Part shown: positions 1-13,308 of the stretch, in pieces
Layout of the letters: each line of letters opens with the position of its first letter
Numbering within the stretch: position 1 is the stretch's first letter
The notes under the pieces: generated by a model
Told to the model about the DNA's origin: nothing
Database searches by the model: none
What the model saw: the letters and a program-made list of their open reading frames with translations, nothing else
Position numbers and translations under genes: made by a program
NCBI GenBank assembly: GCA_903813345.2
Contig: CAIIXF020000001.1
Coordinates: forward strand, 46,500,001-46,564,000
Origin: Owenia fusiformis
Lineage: Eukaryota
Length of the DNA stretch: 64,000 bases
Reading direction: 5' to 3'

Positions 1-3000
1 CAGAGCTGCGAGTTCTAAAGACATTAGAATACAGGGTGATGGTACCCTCTCCCTTGCTTTTTGTGGAAACTCTACTGGAAATATTAGGTAAGCTACATGT
101 CCTTCTATTTTTTTTATTATGTCCCTACCACAAGTGGTGATGTATTGTATCTCCAACTATTTTGTGGACGATGTTCAGCAATCATTGGTAGGTGTTTGGT
201 GATCAGCATCTGTAACAAATGGCAGGTTATGATATTTTACCTTGTAATTTTTATTTCAATTTTAGTTTGTGTATTGTTTTTGTTTTATTGGATAGGTGAC
301 CAGTTGTTCATTGAAATAAAATTGAGATTTTGTTTCGAAGGTCTTTCATATTTTTACCTGCAGTACCAACTACCCACCATTCCGGCCACCCTTGTGAGTA
401 AAGCAAATACCATTTAGTTAACAAAACAGTTCCTGAACTATCTGCCTGCTAAGCGAAAGTTATTATTGTGTAGAATTTAGTAAGAAACATATAAGACAAT
501 GCCCTGTATTGCTATTTCCAGGACACAGTGACCAAGATGTTGAAGTGAAGGTATACCATGATGTCTGTACTAAGGTGTTAGATTTGGTCTATATGAACAG
601 GCAGATGTTTTATGATAAGCTATACTTTGTAGCTACAGGACAACCACTGGACGACCCAGCTAAAAGGTAGACCAAATTCCATATTTTGAATATATATTTC
701 AAAAATCGATTATTTTATCAAATGGGGTTTATTTATTGTAAAGATTTTATATTCTGGTTTATTTTGTTTGTTTTCTGATTTATAATTTTTATTCAAATAT
801 ATAAATGTATAAAAAGTTCCCCAAGGTCTTTATCATTGTTATAAAGCCCTGAATATAAATCATGGTACCCCAAGCCATTCAGCCTGTGATATCCATTAGT
901 TCATGTAGTTGCATTAAATGTGAAGTCACATTCTGTGTTAGCTAATCAGTCCATGTATTTGTTATGTCACCACCAAAAAGTGTTGACATATTGTTATGGT
1001 TTCCATTTTTGTGGTGTTGCGATCGGTGGTTGGTGGTTGGCGATTGGCAGTTGGCATCTGTAACAAATTCTTAAAACTTCCAATAACTTAACAAACATTA
1101 TTTAGACTGAATTTCATTTTTTTCAAAGTTTTGCTCACCTTCATTGGTGGTAAACAAAATACAACAACAAAGTCATCTAAAAGTTATCAGAAGTGCAAAT
1201 TCGACTTTAGATTTATGATTTGACCTTCTTAAGGTCAATTTTTCAACTTGCTTCAAATTGACCAATTTTTTTCAAAATCATCTACAAGTTCTCAAAAGTT
1301 AAAATCTGGCTATAGCTTTGACCTTCAATGACATTCTCAAGGTAAAAAAATATTTGACCTTCAATGACCTTCTCAAGGTCAATAAGGTCTTTTTGCTTCA
1401 AATTGACCAATTTTTTCAAAATCATCTTCAAAATTCTCAGAAATTCAAATCTGACTTACGGTTGAACTGATAATATTGTGAGCAACTTGGTGATGACATT
1501 TTGTCATATATTAATGCCTTGTTAAATTCTGGTTTTAAAAAGTCCACAGAAGAACATTTTAAGCCTATAGATTTTTCATCACTCTCCAATATTAATTCAG
1601 TGAAAGATGATCCATTGATAATTGAAATTTATATTTTTACTATACTGTCTGATATAATTCACATGAAAGATCAAGCCTGAAGGTCCTTGTAAGACACTGA
1701 CTGTTGATTAATGAAGTTACTCAATATTTCAGAAAGAGATTCGCCTCAGTTGAAGGGGACATGATGCTATTGGGCACATCTGCCATTGCTGCAGCAACAT
1801 ATATTGTGGACCAATCAAACACTGACAAGGTATTCATCAACTGTAACGAGCTTTTTTTAACTATTTGTACAGGTCCTCACCAGGCCTGTCAACTGTCCCG
1901 CAATTTGCGTATTTGTCACGCATTTGCTGAAGAATTTGAAGTCACGCCAATTATTTTTGCGTGACAAAAAATGTCACGCAAATACGCATTTTACCTGCTA
2001 ATTGTCAAGCAAAAATAATTCTGTAGAAAAATTTTCTAAAAAAGATCGTCTACACAGCAAAAATACGAACGCGGGAAAAAATGTACGCATTCCGTTCTGA
2101 CTTTTCACGCGAATTACATATATGTCACACATTCCGTTCGAAATTTTTCGTACCTACCCACCATATAATATATATATTTACAATATAATATGTGATAATG
2201 CCTCTGTTTAAAGGCATCGCTTTCTATCTCTGACACTCTATATTCGAAGAGAACATTTTGATTCCTCTTTTTCTTATCAGTCTTTTTTGTGTACTTTTGA
2301 ATGAGGTTAAACATGTTTTATGCTTTAATCATATTCATTTCTTCAAGATAATACTAAAACATATACATTTATCTAAAACTGAAATATTATCAAAAAGGGA
2401 AACATGGCACTGCTCATTTTGAATACTATTTTCTTGAAAACCCATGATTACTTCTTGAATCATTTTGTTCAAACTATACTGTGATATTTACAAACAAGAA
2501 GGTTGGTATCAAAGTCTATTGGTGGTGCACCTAGTTTGCTTTAATGTATGTTTCATTTTTATGTAACCACCACCAAGTGTTGATATATTGTTAGTCTCCA
2601 ACTTTTTTATGGATGCAGTGGTTTCAGTAACTTTGTGTACAAGAGGCAGATGAAAAATACAAGAGGCGGCATTCAAATTAACCAATTTTACGCTCCCGAC
2701 AATGCAAATTCTTGTTACTGTGTTATTTAAGAGTCCATGGACTGAAAGAAAGATGTCCAAGGTTTGTCAAAGTCATTTCCACGTGTGATGTGGCAAGACA
2801 TGGGCTCCACAAAATAACGCCTGGAACTGTGGAATGACTAGGGCAACTTATATAGAATGCCATTTACCTTTTATAAAATAACTTACCCTTACACAGGTTG
2901 CATTTCACAAATCCAAATGCACCTGTTGAATTGAACACTTTTGATATAAATCAAAATCTAGAATTGTCATTATTAAAATGAGTGATGTATTAATAGATGA

Positions 3001-6000
3001 TTCACTTGTGATTATGTGTATATCAGATTCATTTTAGTTTTTTAACACATCCAGAGGGTCCAGGGTGTTCCAAAAGTAACAGGACTGGTGCTGGTATTTT
3101 GTTAAATATACACCAATTGTCTTCAAAATTTTACATAATGTACCTTCATGTTTTGTAACTAAAATTGCCGAATTACATGATTTTTGTCGAAACTGATTTA
3201 GAAATCGGCCGATGACCACTCATCGGCCAGCGCCCGGTGCATATGTGGCCTAGGCATTAGAGAGAGACCGAGGTGGGAGATATCCCCCTCCGATCTACAC
3301 CAAACTTGTTCTCACTACGCTTTCGAAAATTGCCTGAAAGGCCTCCTCACACATTATTAAGGAAAACATATCTACACATTTTGCGCATTTAACCATTTGA
3401 TAACATATTGTGGATCTTATCTTAATTTGTTTACCCTACTATCACACCAAACTAGTTCTCACTACGTTCTCAAAAACGGGCTTCAACTGTGTACGAACGG
3501 ACTGGACCTACTAAGAACCGTTTGGGATCTATTTACAAACTTCATCGAACGTACTCGAACGGATATGTCCTCTAGATCTTAGACAATGCTCAAAATGTTC
3601 TCGTGGTCGTCACGTTCTACAATTAGAACGAGTGACAACGTACTAACGACGAGCTGGACGTACTACGAACGGAACTGTCGTACTTCAATCCTACTAGGGA
3701 CGTTTTAACAACGAGTTGAATTGTCTGAGGACGTGTTGAGAACGAGGTAGAACTAATTGCAAACGGGTTGAAACTGATTGAGAACGTATTTAACACTGCT
3801 TATGAACGAGTTAGCAAAAATATAGCTATCACACCAAACAAGTTGCCACTGCGTTCTTCAAAACTGTTTGCGAACGGAATGAACGTAGCTGCAACTTTCT
3901 AAGGTCTATTTACGAACTTTATGATCGTTCTCAGACGGGAATGTGATTTTAGAATTTTGAATCGATTCAAAGTTCGATGGCGACCATAACGTTCTGTAAT
4001 CAGGTCATGTTGACCTTCTAGACTAAGGGACGCGTTCTACTACGTTGCACACCGACGTGGTGCGACCTGAACGAACTGCGAACGAGAAGGACGTATTGAA
4101 GACTGTTTAAGAACGAAGAAGCTAATTATTTCAGACATATTTCCCGACCACAGCCAGATTGAGCCCGTTTTACGACGTTTTCGTAGGACTGGCAAGAACG
4201 GGAAAGAACGAGTTTGGTGTGATAGGGGGGTAATGTGAATTCGCACCTTCATTTACATGGAAGACTTTGATAAAATCCTTTTTTGATGATCTTTGCTATA
4301 ATGCTGATGTTTGGCTAGCTTCGAAATTCCAAATTGAACAGTCTACTAAGGATACCATGTTGTAAATATTGTTTTCTTTATAATATATTGAGCTAGGACT
4401 GCTCAAACAAATTCGCTTTTTGTAGCTACAAGTATTCAATTTCAATAGATGATAAACTTCTCAATATAAGAAATTACCCTCATAAGACATTGTTGCAAGG
4501 TGTGTTGCAATTTATGTGGCACCCCGCATTCCCGGGCCCGCATTATGTATTCTCGAAGAAAGCCATCATGATAAACCATGACATCTCACTTCAAGGAGGG
4601 ATTTCTGGGTCTATCTTCCAGGTTAATTACGTAAATTACGACCGTATAATATATACGGGATATACCTAAGAGGTATTGCTCACCTTCATTGGTGGTAAAC
4701 AAAATACAATACAAGGGTGTTATAAACGAGACACCAGGATGATAAGGTAGGGGTACAATATAGGGCCCAAATCTTGAGAAAGAGTCGAAGGCATGCGGGG
4801 CGAATCATGGAAACTTGGGTTCGGGAAAGCGGGGCCCAAATCTTGAGAAAGAGTCGAAGGCATGCGAGGCGAATCCTGGAAACTCGGGTTCGGGAAAGCG
4901 GGGTTCACTGTTTGGTTCCGTAGACACCTGTGCGAAACTACATTCATAATTTATCCGACAGTCGCTTTGATAAAGAAGAATTATCAAAGCTCATCAAGAA
5001 TGGACGATCTTGCACAGGTACTCATATAAGAACCTCTATATCTTTATAACACCAATATAAAGATTGAAAAACGGACACACTATGTTAAAAATGTTATATC
5101 TAATGTGCCAATTCAATGATTTAGCATCTCGAAAATATGTTCAACCTAAGTGACCACATCGTGACATCACTTAGGTGGCAACATTTTTCAATGTCAATCT
5201 TTTCTTAATATGCTAAACTTAAAAAATAAACCAATTTTGACTGTCTTACCAGGTTAAAAGGATGAATATATTATCTTTTTAATATTATTTTCCCATTGGT
5301 TTCTATGAGAATTAAAATTTTGAAATGCATCTTTCCCTGAACCACTTTCATGCATGGATGAGTTCATTGCTCGCTCATCTATCAACCAATTTTCTTGATT
5401 TTGTCGGCAAAAAAACAAGTGATGATGATTGCTATGCATCGGTGTGAATTATCACTTCAAAGGATATGTGTGACCTCTTAAAGCTAGTTTTGAATAAATT
5501 CACGATATTTTGAACAAAAAGTCCTTCAAAAACATTTTTGAAATTATTGAAAAGTTTCACATTTCACACTTTGATAACATTGGATAAGACAACAATATAA
5601 GCCAAAGTGGTTTAAACTTTATATGTGGCCTTTAACTGATTAACACAATTTTACACCCACTGGAAAGACTATTTGACTTCTAACAAACGGCGGATTATCG
5701 AAAACAAACGGCGATTTTGGACACTCGCCCCCTGCAATTGAAAGCCCAGGGATGGTGTTTGACGTGGTTTGTAACAAATGACATCTGTAATACTAAATGT
5801 AATGCCATAACAAGGTCGGAATATGTAAGGGTATTTGCCAAATGTATCCAGCTCTGCGTTGGTCTCAATTGCGCCTATTTGGAGCATGTTATGTAAATGA
5901 TCATAGCTCCTGAACCAGTTGACTGCTTGTATTGAGACTTTCAGGAACAAATTTCCATAGAACTGTCCTGATGTATGCAAAATTTCATTGATGTCACTAG

Positions 6001-7402
6001 TCTATTTTAGGAGATATTGCCTATTTCAATGGTCTCCTTTTTTTCCGGTCACCCTGTAAATGATAGGTGGTGATATTTTGCATGTTAATGCCTTGTATAT
6101 CTAAACTGTGTTTTAGGGATTGTATGGAATAATGCTACACTGATGTACATTTAATTTATTTGCCACCCAAATAATTTTAAATATGTCAGTCAATGTTTTT
6201 CGCATTTTTATGACAGCATTTCAATTTAATGTTAATAAGGATACTTCCCCAATCTTTTGTCTTCAACTTGGAAGTAACTTAATGCTTTGTACACCGCATT
6301 TTATTAAAAAGTTTTTTTGTAATAATGCTCCAAATCTATTATTCAAGCATTCTCTGTGTCAAGTTGATCGATTATGAACATTGATAAATCAAACAGAAAA
6401 CATAAGAAGTGAATTGTTTTTAATATTTTTACACTTCATCTTCCATTCTCTGACATCATTAGCTATCATTAGTATTCATAACAACGAGCCTTTTAATAAA
6501 CACAAAATGCCTCATAAAGATGATCTTCATACAATACTATTATGAACTTGCTAAAATGTTAGATACAATTTATTAATCCGTCAAATATAGTTTGATAAAG
6601 ACATAATGAAGACCTTGAAACATCTGTCTGTTTGTCTTTCTGTATGTCCATCCAGAGCATAAAACTACCAGTGGACCATTTTTCCTCATATTTCTTCATA
6701 ATGGCGGCCACTTCGAAAATGGTGGGTTTTTCTTTTTTCATTTCAAATTAAAGTAAGACATAGCACATTATTACTGCATGAATATTTGATAATACATATG
6801 TATTAACATTTCTGACTTTGTTATACATACTGTATAGAAAGGTGTTCTATTCTTGTTTTTTAAAATCCAAATTGGTGGTCTAAACACTGGAATTTTCATA
6901 AATATTGATATTCCTCTGAGGTATAGCTTATTATACTCAAATTAAAGGTATATTAGAAAAAGTGTAGATATGGTATCATTTTTTCATCCCTTGTAAAATC
7001 GTAAAATGCTGTCTAAATGCAGGAAATTACTCTGAGATATCTTCAAAGTATGGCTTTACCATCATTCAAGGTACTGAGTAGTAAATCAAAGTTAAAAATC
7101 AATGTGATTCATATTTTTGGTGATTTTAGTCAACTTTTTTGGTAGGTCAAAGTCATGTTCAAAGGGCAACTAAAAGTCAAATGTCAATATATGCAATTGG
7201 CATACTAAGGATCCCAAACTAAGATCTCAAGGTCATTTAAAAGGTCACCAAATAAAAGTATCTTTGTAAACATCTACATGTATTTTTCCACCAGGTGGTA
7301 GAAGAACTATCAAAGATCTCCAAAGTACCAACAGATGACATACTGGACTTTGCTACCATAATTGTACAAGAGGTGATAGAGGGCAGTACAAGTGTATACT
7401 AA
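1..7402 (+). CDS. CNTD1: Cyclin N-terminal domain-containing protein 1 (CNTD1/COSA-1-like meiotic crossover cyclin), 3' part. Coding exons <1-87, 522-666, 1733-1829, 7295-7402.
   Basis: GT-AG exons join in phase to give ELRVLKTLEYRVMVPSPLLFVETLLEILG/HSDQDVEVKVYHDVCTKVLDLVYMNRQMFYDKLYFVATGQPLDDPAKR/KRFASVEGDMMLLGTSAIAAATYIVDQSNTDK/VVEELSKISKVPTDDILDFATIIVQEVIEGSTSVY*. This is colinear with the vertebrate CNTD1 C-terminus as I recall it (LPTPLAYVETLLEVLG...LLDLVY...FTSVKEDFMLLAVGIIAA). The gene starts before the window. Confidence 0.9.
961..1500. mobile_element. Helentron/HINE-like non-autonomous repeat; related heads at ~125, ~2560, ~28835, ~56570 and ~59770
   Basis: TTATGTCACCACC...GTGTTGACATATTG hairpin head, TTGG-rich tract, GCATCTGTAACAAA, and internal TGACCTT/AAGGTCA repeats. 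Confidence 0.55.
3434..4230. mobile_element. Harbinger/PIF-like MITE with an internal diverged duplication
   Basis: tta-CCCTACTATCACACCAAACTAGTTCT ... AGAACGAGTTTGGTGTGATAGGGGGG-taa. Extra end-like copies at ~3290 and ~3826. Confidence 0.6.
4763..4903. repeat. Two 69-bp tandem copies, GC-rich, probably the subterminal region of a MITE
   Basis: GGGCCCAAATCTTGAGAAAGAGTCGAAGGCATGCG... at 4763 and 4832. Confidence 0.85.
5040..5631 (-). mobile_element. Partial copy of the same Kolobok-like family, in a CNTD1 intron
   Basis: Reverse complement aligns by eye with 32430-33040 (e.g. AAACCACTTTGGCTTATATTG, CTCATAGAAACCAATGG). Ends at TTAA 5632-5635. Confidence 0.75.
5845..6058 (+). mobile_element. 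Tc1/mariner transposon 3' remnant
   Basis: Decayed transposase C-terminus IQLCVGLNCAYLEHVM*, followed by terminus ...TTTTTTCCGGTCACCCTG-TA. Confidence 0.55.
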
Positions 7403-9119
7403 AAAGAACACCTATGTAAGATAGACATTACCTTGGTGTAGATTGTTCTATGTAATATCTGAGTCACATTTGCTACGATTCATCGGCCAGCCGACTGAGT
7501 ATTTTTTATTCAAAACTGCCTGTGGAATGACCTTCAACTGAACAATTCTGACCTACATTTTGTTTAAAAAATAAACTCTTCACGGGTTTTTCAAAATTGC
7601 AAAAATAGACTAAGTTTCCATAAAATTGGCAGTGTAAGTCATATGGTTTTGGCAAAATACGTTAATCAAATTGTAGAATCTTTGCAATATTTGGCAAGTA
7701 TAAATTTTGAATGATCCTCACCTGAAAAAAGATGATCCAAACTTAATAGATGGTGGCTATGACAGACACCCGGGGACAGACAGTACAAGAATGGAGGAGC
7801 AGTGGGCTTGTGTGTGCTTAAGGGAACTTGTTTCAAAATGGCGGCCATTCCTTCCCATGCGAGTCCAGTACCCATGGTACTATTTCTTGCTTAATTTACT
7901 GATATCCTAGTGGGTATAGAATTTATTTCAGGTTATGTTGTAAATATAACAGCGTACCCTGGAATAAATATCGTTTATACCATGGGTGATTGGATGGAAA
8001 ATAATTTTCAAGGAATTAAAAAGATGTAATCCTAGGTGTGGGATAAATGTGCAATTTGAAACAGATGAAATGTCTATAATGAAATCTTTAACTTATTACT
8101 TTTATCCAATTTTGATTCAGAACAATCAATCAATTTGTTAATGTAAGACATAATAACATATGAAACAATATAGCACTTTTTCAAAGTGTGATAAAAATGT
8201 GTTAATGAAAAATAGCACCATTTTCTCAGGCCTTAATACTCGCTAGGAAATGATTGTATTTAGGAATAAATCCTATCACTCTTCTGAAGTAACCTGCATT
8301 TATACAACAATAACTTTCTAAGCTTTGACAAGCTGCAGCAAATATTGATGGCGTATATTTGTTTTTATATGTTAGTGTTATATGTTGTCTGTCTGAGGTA
8401 TCATTTTCTATGCTATATATAACTAGAAATTCCATTGTCACTTGTGGACTTGAGGAGAGGCTAGGTTTCAAATTGTGTGGAATAAGATTTTGTAGAATTT
8501 TGGATAAATTAACTGGGTTCATTTTTTAGAAATTGTGTTTTATTTTTGTAGGGCACTGTCATTTAGGCCTCTGCCTAGGGCAGTGAACTTGCCATTGTCA
8601 TTCTTTAATATGCCTTGATAACATTTTAGATACTCACTGTCAAACAGTACTTTCTCGTTAAATGTATAATGTGTAAGTGCCAGTGGAAGAATTCTAATTT
8701 CCTCATCAACCTGTAATCACATGTCATGTTGAATTTATGATTTGCACTCAGTATCCTCCAAATAGTGAATCAGTTTAGTCCTGCACTCAAATGACACTTT
8801 GAAAATGTCCATGCACTCAGTTTACAAACAGTTTGCCCTCCTTCGAAAATAATGAATAATTTATATAAAATGAAAATCTCAACCGTCTTTTGACATTTTT
8901 TGACAAAGTAGGAAAATTGGAAATTTTACATTATTGAAAAAACAAGGGAGAATCCTCATTCTGAGTGTGAAATTTATGAACACTATTGTGTCCGTCCAAA
9001 AATATGAAACTTCCGATCTGTTTGGATATAGTATAGTAATACACAATTATACAATTAATCATAACATTGTGAATGTTTTTTATGTAAGTTCATCTCTCTG
9101 GTTTATGTAGTATACTAAC

Positions 9120-9276
9120 ACAACTTTATTCATTTCTTCAGAGAATTTTTTATTAGATCAAGGCTTTCGACTTGTATCCTCGAGTCTTGAAAATCAAATC
9201 TTGAAAAAGACTCGAGGATACAAGTCAAAAGCCTTGATCTGATAAAAAAATTCTCTGAAGAAATGAATAAAGTTGT
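9120..9276. repeat. Near-perfect palindrome (~70-bp arms), resembling an inverted Penelope pseudo-LTR fragment
   Basis: ACAACTTTATTCATTTCTTCAGAGAA...TCCTCGAGTCTT / AAGACTCGAGGA...TTCTCTGAAGAAATGAATAAAGTTGT. Confidence 0.85.
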
Positions 9277-9893
9277 TTTGGTATGTATTGTGAATATTGT
9301 ATTTTATAGCTGTTGTACTCGTTGTATTATTACCTGATAAAAATGATCATTATTTATGTATATTTTCCATGAAAGCAGGCAATTGTAGTGCTTCAGAGAT
9401 CTGGTCAATATTTCAATGTGGAACCCATTACATAGATACAGAATGTACATGTGATAATATCATTTTAATTGCCAAGTTGATATTAAATAACAATATGAGT
9501 GAGCGAAACATATCAAATCAAACTTTTACCCCCTCCCTAAAAAATGATTAATTATGTATGTGGGTGTGCATTGATATGTTGATCATGTCTCTTAGATAAA
9601 TATTTATTATTCATATATATCGCATGATAATCATTACACCTCCCCCTGATCTGCTGTTCGGAACAGCACGGGAACAGCACTGTCTGATGAAAAGGCTGAA
9701 CAGTGCTGTTAAAGATTGGCACTGTAGGTCAGTTATTCACCTTGTTCAAACAACCTGACAACACATTTCATTTACTTGTGAGAAATTAAATGTTTATTTA
9801 TTTTATATGTTATGTGGCAGGACCACAAATAAAGTTAATGTTAAATCAAAAAAAAATATTGTTTTTTGTATATTGATTCATTTTACCACTGTG

Positions 9894-10322
9894 CAGTAAA
9901 ACCTGTAAATCCAAACACCTGGCTATTTCGAACACCTTCCAGTTTGACCATTTATCCTCCCATTGACTCCCATGTTAAAAAGGACTTGTAAGCTGAACAC
10001 CCCCTAATTCAAACAGTGAACACTTTTTACACAATATCGTATATTTATTACAAAATTGCTCAAATATTTTCAGTTCAACACTGATTTGTTATGATATCTT
10101 TTGAAAAAACATCAAATGGCCTCAATCATAATCGGTCTTTCGAGCATGATTTAATTCATTTGAATCACATTTTGGATTTCGGAAAGCTATGTTGTCAATA
10201 GCAATATTAATATTCATTGAGAATACATTAATATTTCTTCAAAATCTTGCTAATGCTACCTTGAAATCTAAACAATGCTTTTAACTGGTACAGGTGGCGT
10301 TCGGATTTGATAGATTTTACTG
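9894..10322. mobile_element. Tc1/pogo-like MITE
   Basis: CAGTAAAACCTGTAAATCCAAACACC ... GTTCGGATTTGATAGATTTTACTG-TA. Confidence 0.65.
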
Positions 10323-10494
10323 TATAATCTTATATGTGAGAATGCTCAGAAAATGTAGTTTATATGTGATGATGTCTATAGAATGCCTTATAACAGGACT
10401 AGGTTTTTGCTTGATACATCTTTCCGTTGTCATAAAAGTTAGAATATCAAAATGTGAGGGACTGTTACTGAAATTCTAATCATATAGAATACAA

Positions 10495-10865
10495 CAGTAG
10501 AACCTGTTATAGCGAACACCTCTCTAGTGAACACATATTTCTAGTGGACACCTCTCTTGTGAACAACTGTGTCTACTGGAGATCTCTCTCGAATGAACAA
10601 CTATCTCTAGTAGACACCTCTCTCTAAAGCTAGTGAACAACTGTCTCTAGTGGACACCTCTCTAGTGAACACCTCTCTTTAGGAGACACCTCTCTCTTGT
10701 GAACACCTCACTCTCTAGTGAACACCTCTCCCTGGTGGATACCCTTCCTCTGCACATACTCTTCTATCGACTTCTGTATAAGATTACCCTGTCTGTAGTC
10801 AACACCTACCAACAATGAACGTTTTTTCTTGGCAAAAAAATGTTCAATATACACAGATTTTACTG
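10495..10865. mobile_element. Tc1/pogo-like MITE with internal CACCTCTCTAGTGAA minisatellite
   Basis: CAGTAGAACCTGT ... ACAGATTTTACTG-TA, with more than ten degenerate 15-17-bp units inside. Confidence 0.65.
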
Positions 10866-11409
10866 TACATGTATATCACTTATGTAAAGAGTGCAGATGT
10901 AGAATAAAACTTTAGGAAAGGGTAACCAGAAATATGACGTTTTTATCCTAGGCTGGGATACATGATATCAATATTCCATTAATAACTTGTGTTGCAGTTC
11001 ATCAAAAATGGCAACTTGATATGCTTGATTTTTGTTTTTGGTTTAAGTAATTTGTTTTGTCAATACTAATGCATTTAAATGAATATATTAGTGTTCCCAA
11101 TGATCTTTTTATCAATGCTTTATTTTTTGACATACTTGAAAACTAATAAATACATTTGTTTTTATGAAATGTATTGTCTAATATTAATTGTATATGGTCT
11201 TATAATATATACTCAAATGTATTCATTTATTGTATGCACATCGAGTTGAAGAAATACTACACTAGACTGAATATACATACTATTCCACCAAAACTGATTT
11301 TTAGGAGGAATATAGAGAAGTTGTTCATAGTCTGCTCAGTCCTTTCTTTGTGTGAAAACTTGGATTCCAATAAGTATATCTGGTACAAAACTTCAAGTCA
11401 GATCCATCC

Positions 11410-11678
11410 CTGTGTAAAAGAAATTATGGTCCCCTGGGGATTATGATCCCCTTTCCTTACGGCCCTTACTGGCCCTGACTGTGTATAAATAATAAGGAAA
11501 ATAACTGTAATTAGGTCACCATATAAATCAATAGAGAGTAGGACCAAAATTTACACAGGTGTGAAAGAAATTATGGTCCCCCCTTTTAAAGGCCCTTACT
11601 GGCCCTGATTGTGTATAAGATAATAAGGGAAAGAGCACAAAGAGGTCACCATATAAATCAATCGAGAGTAAGACCATA
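11410..11678. repeat. Tandem duplication (~140-150-bp period, 2 copies)
   Basis: AAAGAAATTATGGTCCCC...GGCCCTTACTGGCCCTGA...AGGTCACCATATAAATCAAT occurs twice. Confidence 0.8.
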
Positions 11679-13009
11679 AATTAATAGGACCTTTTACCCT
11701 TTTACACCGGCAATAACTCAAATACCAACAATATCATTTATGTTTTATATTACACGAAATTCTACGAATTTTGCTGTGTTATATGAAGACCCGTAGCCAG
11801 CTTTATCAAGAGAGGAGGGGGCGATTTTACCAAGGGTGGATCGGTTTTACCAAGGGGAGTGGTTTTACAAAGTGGGAGCTTTTTGACAGTTTTGACAAAG
11901 AAATCATGCGAAAAGTGCTAAGAATTGTGAAAAACTGCATGATTTTGAAAGAATTTTTTTGGCCAGTCTACTTATTTCGATCATATTGCAATGATTAATT
12001 CGGGGTGATTTGATAAAGTGTGTTTTGTGTTGTGGGATTTGCTACTCTGCGGTGTTGCTGTTTTTCTCAAGTATTCATACTGGGGGTAAGATTTCAATAT
12101 ATTTGTAATTGAAAAACCCAAAGTAGATTCAATTAATCCAACACATTTATGTTCACAATTAGTCCAGTGTGTTTGTAATGTAATTTTACCCTCCTCCTTC
12201 CTAGATTTTTACATTTTGTTAATAGTATTAGGGCCTATTATTCTATAAAGGTATTCATGGCAGTGTTGGACAAAAGCGTGAGAGTTGTCGTATTCCATTA
12301 GGCGATTACTGCATTCCCACCTATTCTAATGCATTTAATCATTTAAACTCCCCAGTTTTATGTCTTTTAATCATCTCATAAACTAATTGTATATTGTCCA
12401 ACATGACATAGATTTTTATTATGATATCTATATGATTACCTTCTTGCACGGATTGTTTTTTGATGATGGACATTAGATGTGTTGGTCTTGAATGGTACAA
12501 TGAAACAATACAAATCTGCATTCATTTAGTTTGTTGCTATAAAATAATGATATTTACCTAACTCATGAAAGAATTTGCCAAGTCCATGTTAACCTTGTTA
12601 ATGGCAGGTTTAAACAAAAACATTGTACAGATTATTGTATAGATAATTGTACCCTGAGGCCATTAATTTACAAACGACCCTCTGAGTAGGATCTGTCATT
12701 TTCAGGTTTGCGTTCGAACATTTTTTAAGTTGTGGCACTCCATATATATGTTTATTTAAACATGTATTGAAAACCTTGCCCTTTTTAATAATTTTGTTTC
12801 ACTTTTAAAATAGCCTCATCTCCACTTTTTGAGTATGCATGAGCAATGAATCACACATTTATACTATCTAGTTGTTGACGTTTGTCTTATGTTCTGTAAT
12901 CTGATTGGTTTGTTGAAAGCGTTTTCGTCATGTCACCATCCCCCCCCTTCCGTTAAAAAAACAAACCGACCGGAGAAAAATGGAAGCCCCCTTGGTAAAT
13001 CCTGGTTAT

Positions 13010-13308
13010 ACCTCTGTAGAAGCATCAAATAGTTGAAACAAGAGATAAGAAGGATGATTAGAGCCTTTACATAAGATATCTGTGAGCGTGTAGTCAGAGC
13101 AATTTCACCCAGTGCCTCCAGAGACAACACTTGGATTTTGAGTTTTTTTAAAGAGCCATAAAATCAAAAAACAGACTCATGAAACTTGGTGGAATGTAAG
13201 AGCATTAACAAAGTTTAATTTGTACCAAAACATGATTTTAAACCCGTGCTTTATGTTATGACTGAGTTATTAACATTTGTTTGGGTTACCTTTTTGGCTC
13301 ACCCTGTA
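13010..13308 (+). mobile_element. Tc1/mariner transposon 3' remnant
   Basis: Decayed frame RSIK*LKQEIRRMIRAFT*DICERVVRAI and terminus ...TTTTTGGCTCACCCTG-TA. Confidence 0.55.

Noticed and set aside
1131..4714. Identical ~35-bp sequence at 1131 and 4676 as LTRs or a TSD
   Set aside because: The interval contains a CNTD1 exon and no retroelement ORF; more likely two fragments of a dispersed repeat.
6559..7910. Short ORFs 6559-6741(-), 7666-7875(-) and 7707-7910(+) as nested genes
   Set aside because: They overlap repeat-like sequence or the CNTD1 3' region and lack splice or homology support.
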